Below, piece by piece: positions 1-10,091 of a DNA stretch of 58,641 nucleotides. The stretch's first letter is position 1. Every line of letters begins with the position of its first letter. The notes beneath the pieces are model-generated. The model worked only from the letters and a program-made list of their open reading frames with translations, searched no databases and was not told where the DNA came from. The position numbers and the translations under genes are program-made. The DNA comes from Actinomycetota bacterium. Lineage in GTDB: Bacteria > Actinomycetota > Acidimicrobiia > Acidimicrobiales > Acidimicrobilacustridaceae. Location of the stretch: assembly GCA_009703925.1 (NCBI GenBank), contig WLFD01000001.1:1-58641 (forward strand). Direction: 5' to 3'.

Positions 1-1
1 C

Positions 2-154
2 GCCGCATGGATGGACGCCGGCATGTTCGCCCGCTGGGTCCAGGGCGAACTTCCTCCGCGCGAACTTGTCCTCGATGTCCTGGATGCCGTGCTCCAACCG
101 GGAGCGAGTGATCGTGTCTGGGCGACTCTCGGGTTGCTCGCGCCGACGGACTGA
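2..154 (+). CDS. 3' end of a hypothetical protein (runs off the window start)
   Basis: Open frame AAWMDAGMFARWVQGELPPRELVLDVL...LAPTD ending TGA at 152-154, with GC-rich third codon positions. Confidence 0.6.
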   Translation, partial: AAWMDAGMFARWVQGELPPRELVLDVLDAVLQPGASDRVWATLGLLAPTD

Positions 155-228
155 TCCGCGTCGCATCATCCACATGGAACATGGCGCAGAACGACCGATT
201 CACCCGATTCCCGTGGCACGCTTGTGAC

Positions 229-981
229 ATGACACTCGTGCTCGAGATCAAGTGGTCGATCGAATCCACCAAGGTCGCCGTCTTCGACACTGCCACCCGG
301 ACCGATGTCGGTGAAGGTCGCAGCGAACATCCCGTGCCCGTCGATCACCAAACCGATCCTGCCCACTGGTGGAGGGCCCTTGTCGATGCAACCCGTCATG
401 CGGTCGATGGTGCCGCGGCGATGGGGATCACCGACGCGGAGATCCGCACCGTGATGCTCGATGTCGCCCTCACTCCCGGGGGACTCGTCATCCTCGACGC
501 ATCGGGCGACGCTGTCGGCCCGGCGCTGCTCGGATCACACGAAGCCTCCGCCACCGATGGCGACTGGCTCGTCTCGCGCATCGACGGCGGTGCCGACGCA
601 TGGCTCGCCGCAACGGGCGTTCTCCCCGGCGCCGGCTCGACCGCGGCGCTGCTGTCCTTCGTGCATCGAACCGAACCCACCGTGTGGGAACAGGCCCGGT
701 CGTTCACCGTCCCCACCGGGTGGATGGCGCAACAACTCGGTGTCGAATCGGCAGTGGGCATCCACGACGCTGCTGGAACGGCAATTCTCGATCGCTCCGA
801 CACGTCCCGATGGCGCTCCGATCTTCTCGCGGCCATCGAGTCCGATCGGGACTGGAACGCGTGCCTCCCGCGTACGGCCGATGCCGCGACCGCCGTCGGC
901 CTGATGTCGCCTGCAGCGTCCGCCGAACTCGGCATCGCACCGGGACTCCCGATCCATCTGGGCTCGTCGATCGCCCGCTGA
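229..981 (+). CDS. FGGY-family (xylulokinase-like) N-terminal domain only, degenerate
   Basis: STKVAVFD, DPAHWWRALVDA, GLVILDASG and HDAAGTAILD motifs. The protein ends where the FGGY C-domain should begin. ATG at 229 lies 6 nt after a CACGCT -10-like box. Confidence 0.65.
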   Translation: MTLVLEIKWSIESTKVAVFDTATRTDVGEGRSEHPVPVDHQTDPAHWWRALVDATRHAVDGAAAMGITDAEIRTVMLDVALTPGGLVILDASGDAVGPALLGSHEASATDGDWLVSRIDGGADAWLAATGVLPGAGSTAALLSFVHRTEPTVWEQARSFTVPTGWMAQQLGVESAVGIHDAAGTAILDRSDTSRWRSDLLAAIESDRDWNACLPRTADAATAVGLMSPAASAELGIAPGLPIHLGSSIAR

Positions 982-1027
982 CGCCGGGCGACACGTTCAG
1001 AGACCCTTGCCCGGGTAGATTTCACCC

Positions 1028-2581
1028 GTGACGAACTCTGCCGAAGCCTCCGGGATCTCCCTCGACAGACGGAGATTTCTGGTCCTCGGTGGAGCCGGGC
1101 TTGCGACGGCCGCAGCCGTTGCCGCCGGATGTTCGGGATCATCGACGTCGACGGTTTCGGTTCGGGAACCCGATCGCATCCTTCCGCCCCAACTCGCCGG
1201 CTCGCCGACTCCTCCTCCCGATGACACGGTGTTCGATGTCGTGATTGTCGGAGGCCGCGTCATGGACCCCGACACCGGCTTCGACCAGATCGCAAACGTC
1301 GGACTTGTCGGTTCCACCATTGCCCTGATCAGCGAATCGACGTTGACCGGCAAGAAGACCATCGACGCAACCAACCTCGTGGTCGCCCCGGGATTCATCG
1401 ACATCCTTTCCTACGAACCCAATCCGTACGGCGTCTGGTACAAGCTCGGCGACGGCGTCACGACGAACCTCGGTATGCACGGAATCAAGACGCCTGTCGA
1501 TGCTCCCGGTTTCTTCGCGGCGCACTCCGGCAAGAACGCGCCTCCCGTGCATTTCGGTGGAGCATTCTCCGATCAGTGGTATCGGGATTCCATCGGCATC
1601 AGGAACACGGCGTCACCCGCGCAGCTTTCGCGTCTCGGCAACGATCTCGACAAGGCCATCAACGACGGATGGATCGGTCTTTCGATCGACCCCGAGTACG
1701 CGCCCTACATCGACACCAACGAATACCTCGCGCTCGGGGCCGTTGCCCAGGCCGCCGACATGCCCCTGTTCACCCACATCCGCTATTCCTCGCCCGGGCC
1801 GGCCGGAAAAGGTTCACTCGACGCGATCGACGAAGTCCTGCGCGTCGCACGCGAGACCGGGGTCTCGCTCCATGTGGACCACATTCCATCGATGGCCACG
1901 CATGTGATGCCGGAGGCGATCGCAAAAATCGACGCCGCCCGCTCCGAAGGACTCGACGTCACCGGCTGTTTCTATCCCTACACATTCTGGGGCACCTACC
2001 TGGGTTCGGCCCGCTTCGCCGGCGACTGGCAATCGCGCTTCCGGATCACGTACAGCGATCTTCAACTTGCCGGCAGCAACGAACGACTCACGGCCGACAG
2101 CTTCAAGAAATACCAGGCCCAGAACAAGCTCGTCGTCGCCTACGCGATTCCGCAGGACGATGTGATCGCGGCCGTGAAATCGCCATGGTCGATGGTCGGC
2201 TCCGATGCCATTCCCGAGTCGTCCAACAACAACCATCCGCGCGGGTCCGGCTGTTTCTCGCGTCTCCTCGGCCCGTACGTGCGCGATCTCGGCGTCATCT
2301 CGTTGATGGACGCCCTCGCGAAGTGCACGATCCTCCCGGCCCGACGACTTGACGCACGCGTCCCGATGCTCGGCCGCAAGGGCCGCATGCAGATGGGCGC
2401 AGACGCCGATATCACACTGTTCGATCCCGCGACGATCGCCGACACATCCACGGTCGAGAAGCCCGCCCAGATGTCCGCCGGCGTTCAGTACGTCATGGTC
2501 ATGGGGCGGGTGGCGAAGGATCCAACCGGAGTCATAAAGGACGTCCGGGCCGGACAGGCCATCAAGGGAAACACGGTCTGA
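1028..2581 (+). CDS. Tat-exported lipoprotein amidohydrolase (N-acyl-D-amino-acid deacylase-like)
   Basis: RRRFL twin-arginine motif plus AAGC lipobox. VAPGFID, GVTT, GSDA, HPRGSGCF and GADADITLFDP motifs. Confidence 0.85.
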   Translation: MTNSAEASGISLDRRRFLVLGGAGLATAAAVAAGCSGSSTSTVSVREPDRILPPQLAGSPTPPPDDTVFDVVIVGGRVMDPDTGFDQIANVGLVGSTIALISESTLTGKKTIDATNLVVAPGFIDILSYEPNPYGVWYKLGDGVTTNLGMHGIKTPVDAPGFFAAHSGKNAPPVHFGGAFSDQWYRDSIGIRNTASPAQLSRLGNDLDKAINDGWIGLSIDPEYAPYIDTNEYLALGAVAQAADMPLFTHIRYSSPGPAGKGSLDAIDEVLRVARETGVSLHVDHIPSMATHVMPEAIAKIDAARSEGLDVTGCFYPYTFWGTYLGSARFAGDWQSRFRITYSDLQLAGSNERLTADSFKKYQAQNKLVVAYAIPQDDVIAAVKSPWSMVGSDAIPESSNNNHPRGSGCFSRLLGPYVRDLGVISLMDALAKCTILPARRLDARVPMLGRKGRMQMGADADITLFDPATIADTSTVEKPAQMSAGVQYVMVMGRVAKDPTGVIKDVRAGQAIKGNTV

Positions 2582-2632
2582 GCCCGCCGGAGGATGATTG
2601 GCCAGCTGGTCAGAATCCGTACAGCTGACACC

Positions 2633-2665
2633 CGAATTCAAATGAATAATTTTCATTTGAATTCG
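2633..2665. promoter_or_regulatory. 14-bp perfect inverted repeat, candidate TetR operator
   Basis: CGAATTCAAATGAA-TAATT-TTCATTTGAATTCG, an AT-rich island just upstream of TATAAC (2685-2690) and the ATG at 2698. Confidence 0.7.
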
Positions 2666-2697
2666 AGAAATGCGGCGGACCTGCTATAACAGATGCA

Positions 2698-3969
2698 ATG
2701 GTCAAAGTAAGCAAAGAGCGATCAGCGGTTTTTCGCCGCCAGATCCTCGATACTGCGGCGTCGGAGATCCGAAAGGTCGGATACGACGGGACAGCACTTA
2801 CATCGATCGCGACCACCTGCAACTTTGCGACCAGTGCCATCTACAACCGTTTCCCCACGAAGGAAATCCTTCTGGAAACTCTCGTTGCGGAACGACTCGA
2901 GCCCGACCTCGGTTCCGCCATCGACGACCTCGACGCCGAACTCTGGGTCGAGGACAACCCGACTGCGCTTACCGAAGCAACCGGGGCCGTCATCGACCGC
3001 GATCTTCTGGCCACCCTTCACGAGCTCGAGCTGGCCGCGTGTCACAACCCTGCGGCCCGACTCCTCGTCGAACCGTTCGCCGATAACCGTCTGGCTTCCG
3101 CCCTCGCTGCTCGGAAGGTCGCCGAAACTTCGGATCGTCTCCGACCCGGTCAGGATCCGCGTGCGCAGGCGATGCTCGCTCACTCCGGCCGGATCGGGAA
3201 CCATCTTCTCAGTCTCGTAAGCACACCCCCGCAGGGCGGTTCCTCCACCGTCGACCACCTGATCCGCCTCGCCGTGCTCGACATTCCGTTCGACACCATC
3301 GCCAAACCTGAAGCCCGGGTACCCGTGCGACCGGATCCGGGGCCATCAGTACCCGATCCGAGTTCTCTCGACGCAATCGGCCTTTCCCTCCTCGATTCCG
3401 GAGCAACCATCTTCGCGACGGAGGGATATCACAACACCTCCGTAGCGCGAATCGCACGAGCCGCCGGCCTGACCACAGGAGCCATCTACAACCGTTTCGA
3501 CGGCAAAGCAGATCTCTTCAACCAGATTCTGCTCCACGGAATCTTCGTCACCGATCTTCGGGACAGCATCGATCTCAGCACCGCTCTGGCCGCCTCCGAA
3601 TCGTTCGAACAGAGCGCCATACTCCTCACCACCCTCGCCGAACGGGCGCGATCACCCGAGGGAATCCGCGACCGTTCCCTGCGCCTCGAAGCCCGCGAAG
3701 CGGCAGGGTCCGAGGCGCAGGTCGCCGCGTTCCTCGCCCCCATGCAGGACCATCTTCTGGCCCGGGTGGCCGGTATCTTCCGGGATTCCCAAGAAGCCGG
3801 GACCATGCGGGATGATCTCGATCCCGAGGTGCTTTCGTGGTGGCTCACCTCGTCAATGATCTATGGGATCTTCGTGCTCGAGAAGACGCTCACCGAGGGC
3901 ATCGAAATCGATTGGCAACCGATTCAGGCCGCGATCTTCCTGGCATTGCGAACTCCGATCAGCCGCTGA
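2698..3969 (+). CDS. Tandem (double) TetR/AcrR-family regulator
   Basis: Two HTH domains: TSIATTCNFATSAIYNRFPTKE and ARIARAAGLTTGAIYNRFDGKA. Confidence 0.85.
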   Translation: MVKVSKERSAVFRRQILDTAASEIRKVGYDGTALTSIATTCNFATSAIYNRFPTKEILLETLVAERLEPDLGSAIDDLDAELWVEDNPTALTEATGAVIDRDLLATLHELELAACHNPAARLLVEPFADNRLASALAARKVAETSDRLRPGQDPRAQAMLAHSGRIGNHLLSLVSTPPQGGSSTVDHLIRLAVLDIPFDTIAKPEARVPVRPDPGPSVPDPSSLDAIGLSLLDSGATIFATEGYHNTSVARIARAAGLTTGAIYNRFDGKADLFNQILLHGIFVTDLRDSIDLSTALAASESFEQSAILLTTLAERARSPEGIRDRSLRLEAREAAGSEAQVAAFLAPMQDHLLARVAGIFRDSQEAGTMRDDLDPEVLSWWLTSSMIYGIFVLEKTLTEGIEIDWQPIQAAIFLALRTPISR

Positions 3970-4045
3970 ACCGGGCGGGGGGGCGGATCCAACGCCACCC
4001 CGACTCCTCCGACAGCGGATTTCACGGCGCTATAGCGTTCTTCAC

Positions 4046-5497
4046 ATGGCAGACACCGATCCATTCGCCGATCTCGACGCGTGTGCACAGGCCGAACTCG
4101 TCCACACCGGTCAGGTCTCGCCCAAGGAACTCGTCGAGGCGGCCATCAACCGGATCGAACGTCTGAACCCGACCCTCAACGCGGTCGTACACGAGCGGTT
4201 CGAGCGGGCCCGCGCCGAGAGCGAGGGGCCGCTGCCCGACGGTCCGTTCCGCGGCGTCCCCTTCCTGCTGAAAGATCTCGCGGCCCTCAGCGCCGGCGAT
4301 CCGCAGCATGCAGGAGCCGCGTTCCTCAAGCAGATCAACTGGACGTCCGAAAGCGACGATCACATCACCGCCCGATTCCGCGCCGCCGGACTCGTCATTC
4401 TCGGTCGCACGAACACTCCGGAATTCGGAACGACGATCACGACCGAACCCGAATCACACGGACCGGCCCGCAACCCGTGGAACACCGACCACTCGACCGG
4501 CGGTTCATCGGGCGGTTCAGCTGCCGCCGTCGCTTCGGCGATGGTCCCGGCTGCACATGCCAGCGACGGTGGTGGATCGATCAGGATTCCGGCGAGCGAA
4601 TGCGGCCTTGTCGGCCTCAAGCCCACACGTGCACGGGTGCCGCTCGGACCCGACGTCGGCGATTCATGGGCCGGCTCCACCGTTCACGGCGTCCTCACGC
4701 GATCGGTGCGCGACGCCGCCGCGCTTCTCGACACCATCTCGGGACCGATGCCCGGCGATCCCTACGCAGCTCCCGCCCTTCCCGGCCCGCTCACCGCCGA
4801 GCTCGGACGCGATCCGGGGCGTCTGCGCATCGGCGTTCTCGACCGCCCCCTGCTGCCCGGCGTCGCGGCCGATAGCGATGCCACCGCCGCGGTCCACCAT
4901 GCCGCCGCTCTTCTCGAGCAACTCGGACACCTCGTGAGCGCCGAGTATCCCGCGGCGATGTCCGATGCCCATTTCACCGACACCTTCACCATCGTTGTCG
5001 CCGCCAGCGTGGCCCACGATCTCGACACGTGGGGGCGGCTGATCGGTCGCGACATCGATGCCGACGATGTCGAAGAACGAAACTGGATGTTCGCCACCAT
5101 CGGCCGGTCCATCACCGCCCCGCAGTATCTCGATGCGGTTCGCTGGCAACAGGCTTGGTCGCGGCGCATGGCGTCGTGGTGGCGCAATTCCGTCGACCCG
5201 GACGGTTTCGATCTGTTGTGCTGCCCGGTCCTCAACGGTCCCCCGCCACCCATCGGATGGTTGTCGGATCCGGTCGAGGGCCTCGGACGGGTCACCGATC
5301 TCATGCAGTACACCGCGCAGTTCAACGTCACCGGCCAGCCTGCGATATCACTCCCGCTCTGGTGGAACGACGCCGGACTTCCGATCGGCGTGCAGTTCGT
5401 GGCCCCGTTCGGCCGCGAGGACCTGCTGATCAAACTGGCCTCCGAACTCGAGGCCGCCGCCCCGTGGGACGAGCGCCGTCCGGGTATCCGCGCCTGA
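4046..5497 (+). CDS. Amidase signature family enzyme
   Basis: GVPFLLKD, GGSSGGSAAAVA and DGGGSIRIPA (Ser-cisSer-Lys triad). Start moved to ATG 4046, 7 nt after TAGCGT. Confidence 0.92.
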   Translation: MADTDPFADLDACAQAELVHTGQVSPKELVEAAINRIERLNPTLNAVVHERFERARAESEGPLPDGPFRGVPFLLKDLAALSAGDPQHAGAAFLKQINWTSESDDHITARFRAAGLVILGRTNTPEFGTTITTEPESHGPARNPWNTDHSTGGSSGGSAAAVASAMVPAAHASDGGGSIRIPASECGLVGLKPTRARVPLGPDVGDSWAGSTVHGVLTRSVRDAAALLDTISGPMPGDPYAAPALPGPLTAELGRDPGRLRIGVLDRPLLPGVAADSDATAAVHHAAALLEQLGHLVSAEYPAAMSDAHFTDTFTIVVAASVAHDLDTWGRLIGRDIDADDVEERNWMFATIGRSITAPQYLDAVRWQQAWSRRMASWWRNSVDPDGFDLLCCPVLNGPPPPIGWLSDPVEGLGRVTDLMQYTAQFNVTGQPAISLPLWWNDAGLPIGVQFVAPFGREDLLIKLASELEAAAPWDERRPGIRA

Positions 5498-5537
5498 GCG
5501 CAAAGGATCCCCGGACGGTCGAACCCGTTCCGATTCG

Positions 5538-6293
5538 CTAGGCGACCTTCGCCTCGGCGGCTTCGTCGTCGATCACGCTGTCCGACGGACTCATGAAGCG
5601 CCATGCCAAACCCGCGATGAGCGCACCGACGATCGGCGCAACCCAGAACATCCACAACTGACCAAGTGCCCACCCGCCCTGAACGACAGCCGGGCCGGTC
5701 GAGCGGGCCGGGTTCACCGAGGTGTTCGTGACCGGAATGCTGATCAGATGGATCAGCGTGAGGGCAAGGCCGATCGCCACAGGAGCGGCCGCGCCGACCG
5801 CCTTCTTGGCGGTCGCTCCAAGAATCACGAACAGGAATCCCGCCGTCATAACGACCTCGGTGAGCAGCCCTGCCGCGAGGTTGAAGCCGTCCGGTGAATG
5901 CTCGCCGTAGCCGTTCGCGGCGAGACCGTCGACCTTGAGATCGAACCCGGCGCGCCCCGAAGCGATGGCCCAGATGACAAGGGCGGCAAGGATGGCGCCG
6001 ATCACCTGGACGATGACGTAGGGGAGCACGTCCCTTGTCGGGAAACGTTTCGAGACCCACAGGCCGATGGTGACGGCCGGGTTGAAATGGCCACCCGAGA
6101 TGTGACCCACGGCGTAGGCCATTGTCAGCACGGTCAGACCGAAGGCGAGAGAGACGCCCACCAGCCCGATGCCCAGTTCCACGCCGTCGGGCCCGTTGAG
6201 AAGCTTGGCCGCAATGACTGCGCTGCCACAGCCCCCGAGCACGAGCCAGAAGGTACCGATCGCTTCAGCCGCGAGTTTCCTGCCCTGTTGCAT
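5538..6293 (-). CDS. aqpZ: Aquaporin Z
   Basis: [24 protein letters not shown] and [10 protein letters not shown] (two NPA boxes). GGGGAGA RBS before ATG 6293. Confidence 0.93.
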   Translation of the reverse strand: MQQGRKLAAEAIGTFWLVLGGCGSAVIAAKLLNGPDGVELGIGLVGVSLAFGLTVLTMAYAVGHISGGHFNPAVTIGLWVSKRFPTRDVLPYVIVQVIGAILAALVIWAIASGRAGFDLKVDGLAANGYGEHSPDGFNLAAGLLTEVVMTAGFLFVILGATAKKAVGAAAPVAIGLALTLIHLISIPVTNTSVNPARSTGPAVVQGGWALGQLWMFWVAPIVGALIAGLAWRFMSPSDSVIDDEAAEAKVA

Positions 6294-6468
6294 CGTTTCT
6301 CCCCGTTGTCGATTCACGTCGCCAACGTTGACGACGGGAAAACCGTAAAGGTCCGCCGCAGGAGACCGGTGGATACTCGAACAATTTCCGTTCGAATGAC
6401 GATCGACCCTGGATCTCCCGCTGCAGGCGGTTTCCCGGTAACCGATCGGGCCGTGGCAAGGTGACGGG

Positions 6469-7266
6469 GTGACACTCGAACTCCCCACCGCCACCGATCT
6501 CGCCTCCCTGCTGTCGCTCGATGCCGTCAGTCCCGATGCGTTTCTCGCCCCGAGCGGATTCACCGGTTGGGGACGGCTTTACGGCGGCCAGGTGATCGCC
6601 CAGGCCCTGCGGGCCGCGTCGCTCACCGTGAGCCCGGAACAACTTCCACATTCCCTGCACGCCTACTACGTCCGTCAGGGCGAAGAACCCGCACCGGTGC
6701 TCTACGAGGTGCAGAGGATCCGCGACGGCCGCTCGTTCTCGACCCGTCAGGTGGTCGCATCACAGCAGGGCGGCGTCATTCTCAATCTGATCGCCAGCTT
6801 CCACGAACCTGAGGACTCGGAGGAGATTCTCGCCACGTTCATTCCCGAGGGCGCTCCGTCCCCCGATGATCTGACCGATGAGGAAACGCCGCTCTTCTTC
6901 CAGACGCGGGCGGTACGCGACGAATTCGGAATGGCGAAACTTGCGTGGATGCGGGCCCGCGAATCGCTCGACGACGATCCGGTCCTGCACGCCTGCGCGC
7001 TCGCCTATCTCTCCGACGAGCACCTGCTTGGAGCGGCATTGACCGGTCACAGCCTCATCGGTGACTGGGACAAGCTGATGACGGCGAGTCTCGACCACGC
7101 ACTGTGGTTCCACCGTCCCCTCCGCGTCGACGACTGGCTGTGCTTCGATCTCGCCGGACATGGAATGGCCGATGCGCGCGGACTTTCCATCGCACGCATC
7201 TTCGATTCGTCAGGCGTGCATGTCGCCAGCGCCGCCCAGGAAGCGCTGGCTCGGCGACGCCGCTAA
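6469..7266 (+). CDS. tesB: Acyl-CoA thioesterase II (TesB family)
   Basis: [45 protein letters not shown] and QE motifs. Confidence 0.85.
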   Translation: MTLELPTATDLASLLSLDAVSPDAFLAPSGFTGWGRLYGGQVIAQALRAASLTVSPEQLPHSLHAYYVRQGEEPAPVLYEVQRIRDGRSFSTRQVVASQQGGVILNLIASFHEPEDSEEILATFIPEGAPSPDDLTDEETPLFFQTRAVRDEFGMAKLAWMRARESLDDDPVLHACALAYLSDEHLLGAALTGHSLIGDWDKLMTASLDHALWFHRPLRVDDWLCFDLAGHGMADARGLSIARIFDSSGVHVASAAQEALARRRR

Positions 7267-7925
7267 CTCCGGGCGATCGCGTCGCGCAGCGCCTCGGACG
7301 GCGGTGCCGTCAGCATCGCGAAAACGAGATCCACCTGTTCGGCGATGATGATCGCCGACCGCGTACCCGTGTGATCGACCGGCGCTTTTCCGAGGGCATA
7401 TTCATGATCGGCGAGCATCTGGACGTTCGAACGGAGGGCCAATCGGAGACGATGTCCGCGCAATTCGCCGGGAACATCGACGAGCAGTTCGAAGAGTCGT
7501 CGTCCGGCCTCGGCGAGCGCCCCCATCGTCGGACGCTCGGTCGTCATCAGCTCGGGCGAGGTCCGGTAGACCTGACCGAGGAACCTTCCCCACCATCCCG
7601 GCGGATCGATGATGACCGCTTCAGCCAACGGGCGGACCATGGCGTCGACGAGGCCCATCACGTCCCCGGATCGACCCACCCCGTCGAGTTCGAGGAGCAT
7701 CTCCCGCCGACGAGCGTCGATCGGGGCCATCCGCGCTTCGAACACGGCCTCGATCAGACCGGATTTCGACCCGAAGTGATACTGGACCGCCGAATGATTC
7801 CGCTGGCCCGAGGCCAGGGCCACCTCGCGCAGGGAAAGCCCGTCGAAACCGCGCTCGGCGAACAGTTTCTCCGCCGTCTCGATCATGGTCTGACGGGTTT
7901 GGTCGCTGCGTCCCCCGATGGCCAT
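7263..7925 (-). CDS. TetR/AcrR-family regulator
   Basis: AEKLFAERGFDGLSLREVALASGQRNHSAVQYHFGSK HTH. Start moved to ATG 7925. Confidence 0.9.
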   Translation of the reverse strand: MAIGGRSDQTRQTMIETAEKLFAERGFDGLSLREVALASGQRNHSAVQYHFGSKSGLIEAVFEARMAPIDARRREMLLELDGVGRSGDVMGLVDAMVRPLAEAVIIDPPGWWGRFLGQVYRTSPELMTTERPTMGALAEAGRRLFELLVDVPGELRGHRLRLALRSNVQMLADHEYALGKAPVDHTGTRSAIIIAEQVDLVFAMLTAPPSEALRDAIARS

Positions 7926-7998
7926 TGGGGCAAACAGTAGCGCCGCGACGGAATCCATCACGCGGAAGAGTGCCCGGGTGTGGGAATGTCGGGGGGTT

Positions 7999-8667
7999 AT
8001 GCCTGACGCACTTTCGACCGATACCCCCAATTCCGATCGCCACGATGATGCCGATCCACAGCCGCCCGATACCCATGCTCCCGCCTCGGGCATGGGGACC
8101 GAGCGCCCCGAGTTCCTTCCGCCCACCGGCGGCCCCATCGAGCTCGAGCGGACCTTCGCCTTCATCGACATCTGTGGATTCACCGCACTCACCGAACGTC
8201 ACGGCCCTCGCCGAGCGGTCCGGGCCCTCGAGGTCTTCCGGACCGCGGTGAAGGAAGTTGCCGGACGACGCGGTGCCCGCGTCGCGAAGTGGCTCGGCGA
8301 CGGTGTCCTCCTGGTCGGAACCAAACCGGGACCGGTCGTCGCGACCGTTGCCGAACTGACCGGCCGCTTCGAATCGTTCGCCATCGATCTGCGCGCCGGC
8401 GTATGCAGCGGTGTCGCCCTCCTGTTCGACGGCGACGATTACATCGGACGCCCCGTCAACCTCGCCGCCCGCCTGTGCGACGAAGCCGGTCCCGGTGAGC
8501 TCCTCGCCCACCCCTCCGCTCTCGACGGTGTGCCCGACTGGGTCCAGACCGGTTCACCCCGTGTTGTGGCTGTCCGCGGTGTCGGGGCGATCGAAGGCGT
8601 CTGCGCATTGCGCGTCGCACCGGATGTTCAGTTTCCGCCCGAACCGAACCGCGAGTCCGAACTCTGA
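7999..8667 (+). CDS. Stand-alone class III adenylate/guanylate cyclase domain protein
   Basis: FAFIDICGFT, KWLGDG and DYIGRPVNLAARL motifs. Start uncertain (7999 or 8092). Confidence 0.85.
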   Translation: MPDALSTDTPNSDRHDDADPQPPDTHAPASGMGTERPEFLPPTGGPIELERTFAFIDICGFTALTERHGPRRAVRALEVFRTAVKEVAGRRGARVAKWLGDGVLLVGTKPGPVVATVAELTGRFESFAIDLRAGVCSGVALLFDGDDYIGRPVNLAARLCDEAGPGELLAHPSALDGVPDWVQTGSPRVVAVRGVGAIEGVCALRVAPDVQFPPEPNRESEL

Positions 8668-8676
8668 GAGTGCGGC

Positions 8677-9732
8677 TCAGCGGCCGTTGATCGCGGCGAA
8701 CGCGCTCAACAACATTGCGAGCTCCTGATCCGTGCACCCGGGCATGGCAGCATCGCTCCACCCGTCGGAGCCGAGGACGACCGGGACAGCGCAGACTCCG
8801 TGCATGTCGTGGAACTCGCCGGCGAGATTCACCTGCAATGGCATTACCCGCGATTCCCCGGAAAGAACGATCTCCAGGACCTCCGCCACCGCATGAGCAG
8901 TGACAATTTCGGTTGTGTGCCCGGAGGTGAAGTGAACGAGGAATGGCTTCACCGCAGCACGAAGATCCGCCGGTAGCAGCGCGCATTCGGAGAATGCCTG
9001 CTCGGCGGAACCATCGACCACCATTTTCAGAAGACGACTCTTGTTGTCCGCGATTTCCGTTGCCAGCGCCAACGGATCGCGACCGTCGCGTTGCGAATCG
9101 ATCCACGTGCTCAACACGTCGTCATCGATCCCTTCGACCGACACCCGACTCCAGAGCGGCACCATGTTGTCGCCATGTTGGCCGAGAACCATCGCGTCGA
9201 CGGCTGCACGACGAACGCCCAGAGAATCGGCGATTTCCCGGCGGAACCGAAGCGAGTCCGACCAGGCACCGGCACCGATGACACGACTGCGTCCCAGCCG
9301 TTCGCTGAAGACCTGCACTCCCAGTTCGACGGGATTCGACTGCACGATGACGATCGGTGGTTCACCGGAACGGCCCGCCAGAGCATCGGCGAATTCCTCG
9401 AACATCGCCCCATTCACGGCAGCCAGAGCCGCCCTGTCCGGCGCAACCGACAAATCCCGGGCCACCGTCGCTCCGGCGAGCATGACAACAACGTCGGCGT
9501 CGACCTCATCGGCGTCCACAGTCAGATCGATCGTCGGGGCATCGTCGGCGAAAGCGTCCCGCAGATCTGCCCTGAGGCCACGCAGCTCATGTTCACTAGC
9601 GCCCCCTCGATGACCGACGAGTTGGAGCCGCGCATCAGCGTGGATCGTCGAACGGTCGAGCAATTGGGTCACGAGCTGACGTCCGCTCGCTCCTGCAGCG
9701 CCGACAACGGCCACACTTCGAAGACTTTGCAT
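8677..9732 (-). CDS. Divergent lactate/malate dehydrogenase family protein
   Basis: VAVVGAAGASG Rossmann motif, SNPVE, DSLRFR and LGQHGD (catalytic His). Confidence 0.8.
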   Translation of the reverse strand: MQSLRSVAVVGAAGASGRQLVTQLLDRSTIHADARLQLVGHRGGASEHELRGLRADLRDAFADDAPTIDLTVDADEVDADVVVMLAGATVARDLSVAPDRAALAAVNGAMFEEFADALAGRSGEPPIVIVQSNPVELGVQVFSERLGRSRVIGAGAWSDSLRFRREIADSLGVRRAAVDAMVLGQHGDNMVPLWSRVSVEGIDDDVLSTWIDSQRDGRDPLALATEIADNKSRLLKMVVDGSAEQAFSECALLPADLRAAVKPFLVHFTSGHTTEIVTAHAVAEVLEIVLSGESRVMPLQVNLAGEFHDMHGVCAVPVVLGSDGWSDAAMPGCTDQELAMLLSAFAAINGR

Positions 9733-9882
9733 CGTCGAGAAGTTCAGCACATCCGGACCACCACCGATTTCGCCCGGACCGGAGCGGATCAGGGCTCGTT
9801 GGTGGCCGATCGGGTCTGACCGCTATGCTTTCGCCGCTGCCCTGTGAGGATCTAGAACCCTCCGGGAGCAGCGCCAACACCG

Positions 9883-9958
9883 GCCCCCATCGTCTAGCGG
9901 CCTAGGACACCACCCTCTCAAGGTGGACGCACGGGTTCAAATCCCGTTGGGGGTGCCA
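9883..9958 (+). tRNA. tRNA-Glu (anticodon CTC), CCA encoded
   Basis: Acceptor stem GCCCCCA/TGGGGGT, anticodon arm CCACC-CTCTCAA-GGTGG, T-loop GGTTCAAATCC, ends GCCA. TATGCT -10-like box at 9824-9829. Confidence 0.97.
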
Positions 9959-10091
9959 TTTGGTGCCGGTCGAACCGGGTTCAGGTTCCCGTCGCACCGG
10001 ACGCGACTTACCCGGGGACTCCGGCGTCAGTTATTGTCACGGGTCCGATGATTCCTGCCCTCGGGGCAGGACATCCCGATCAGGGGGAACC

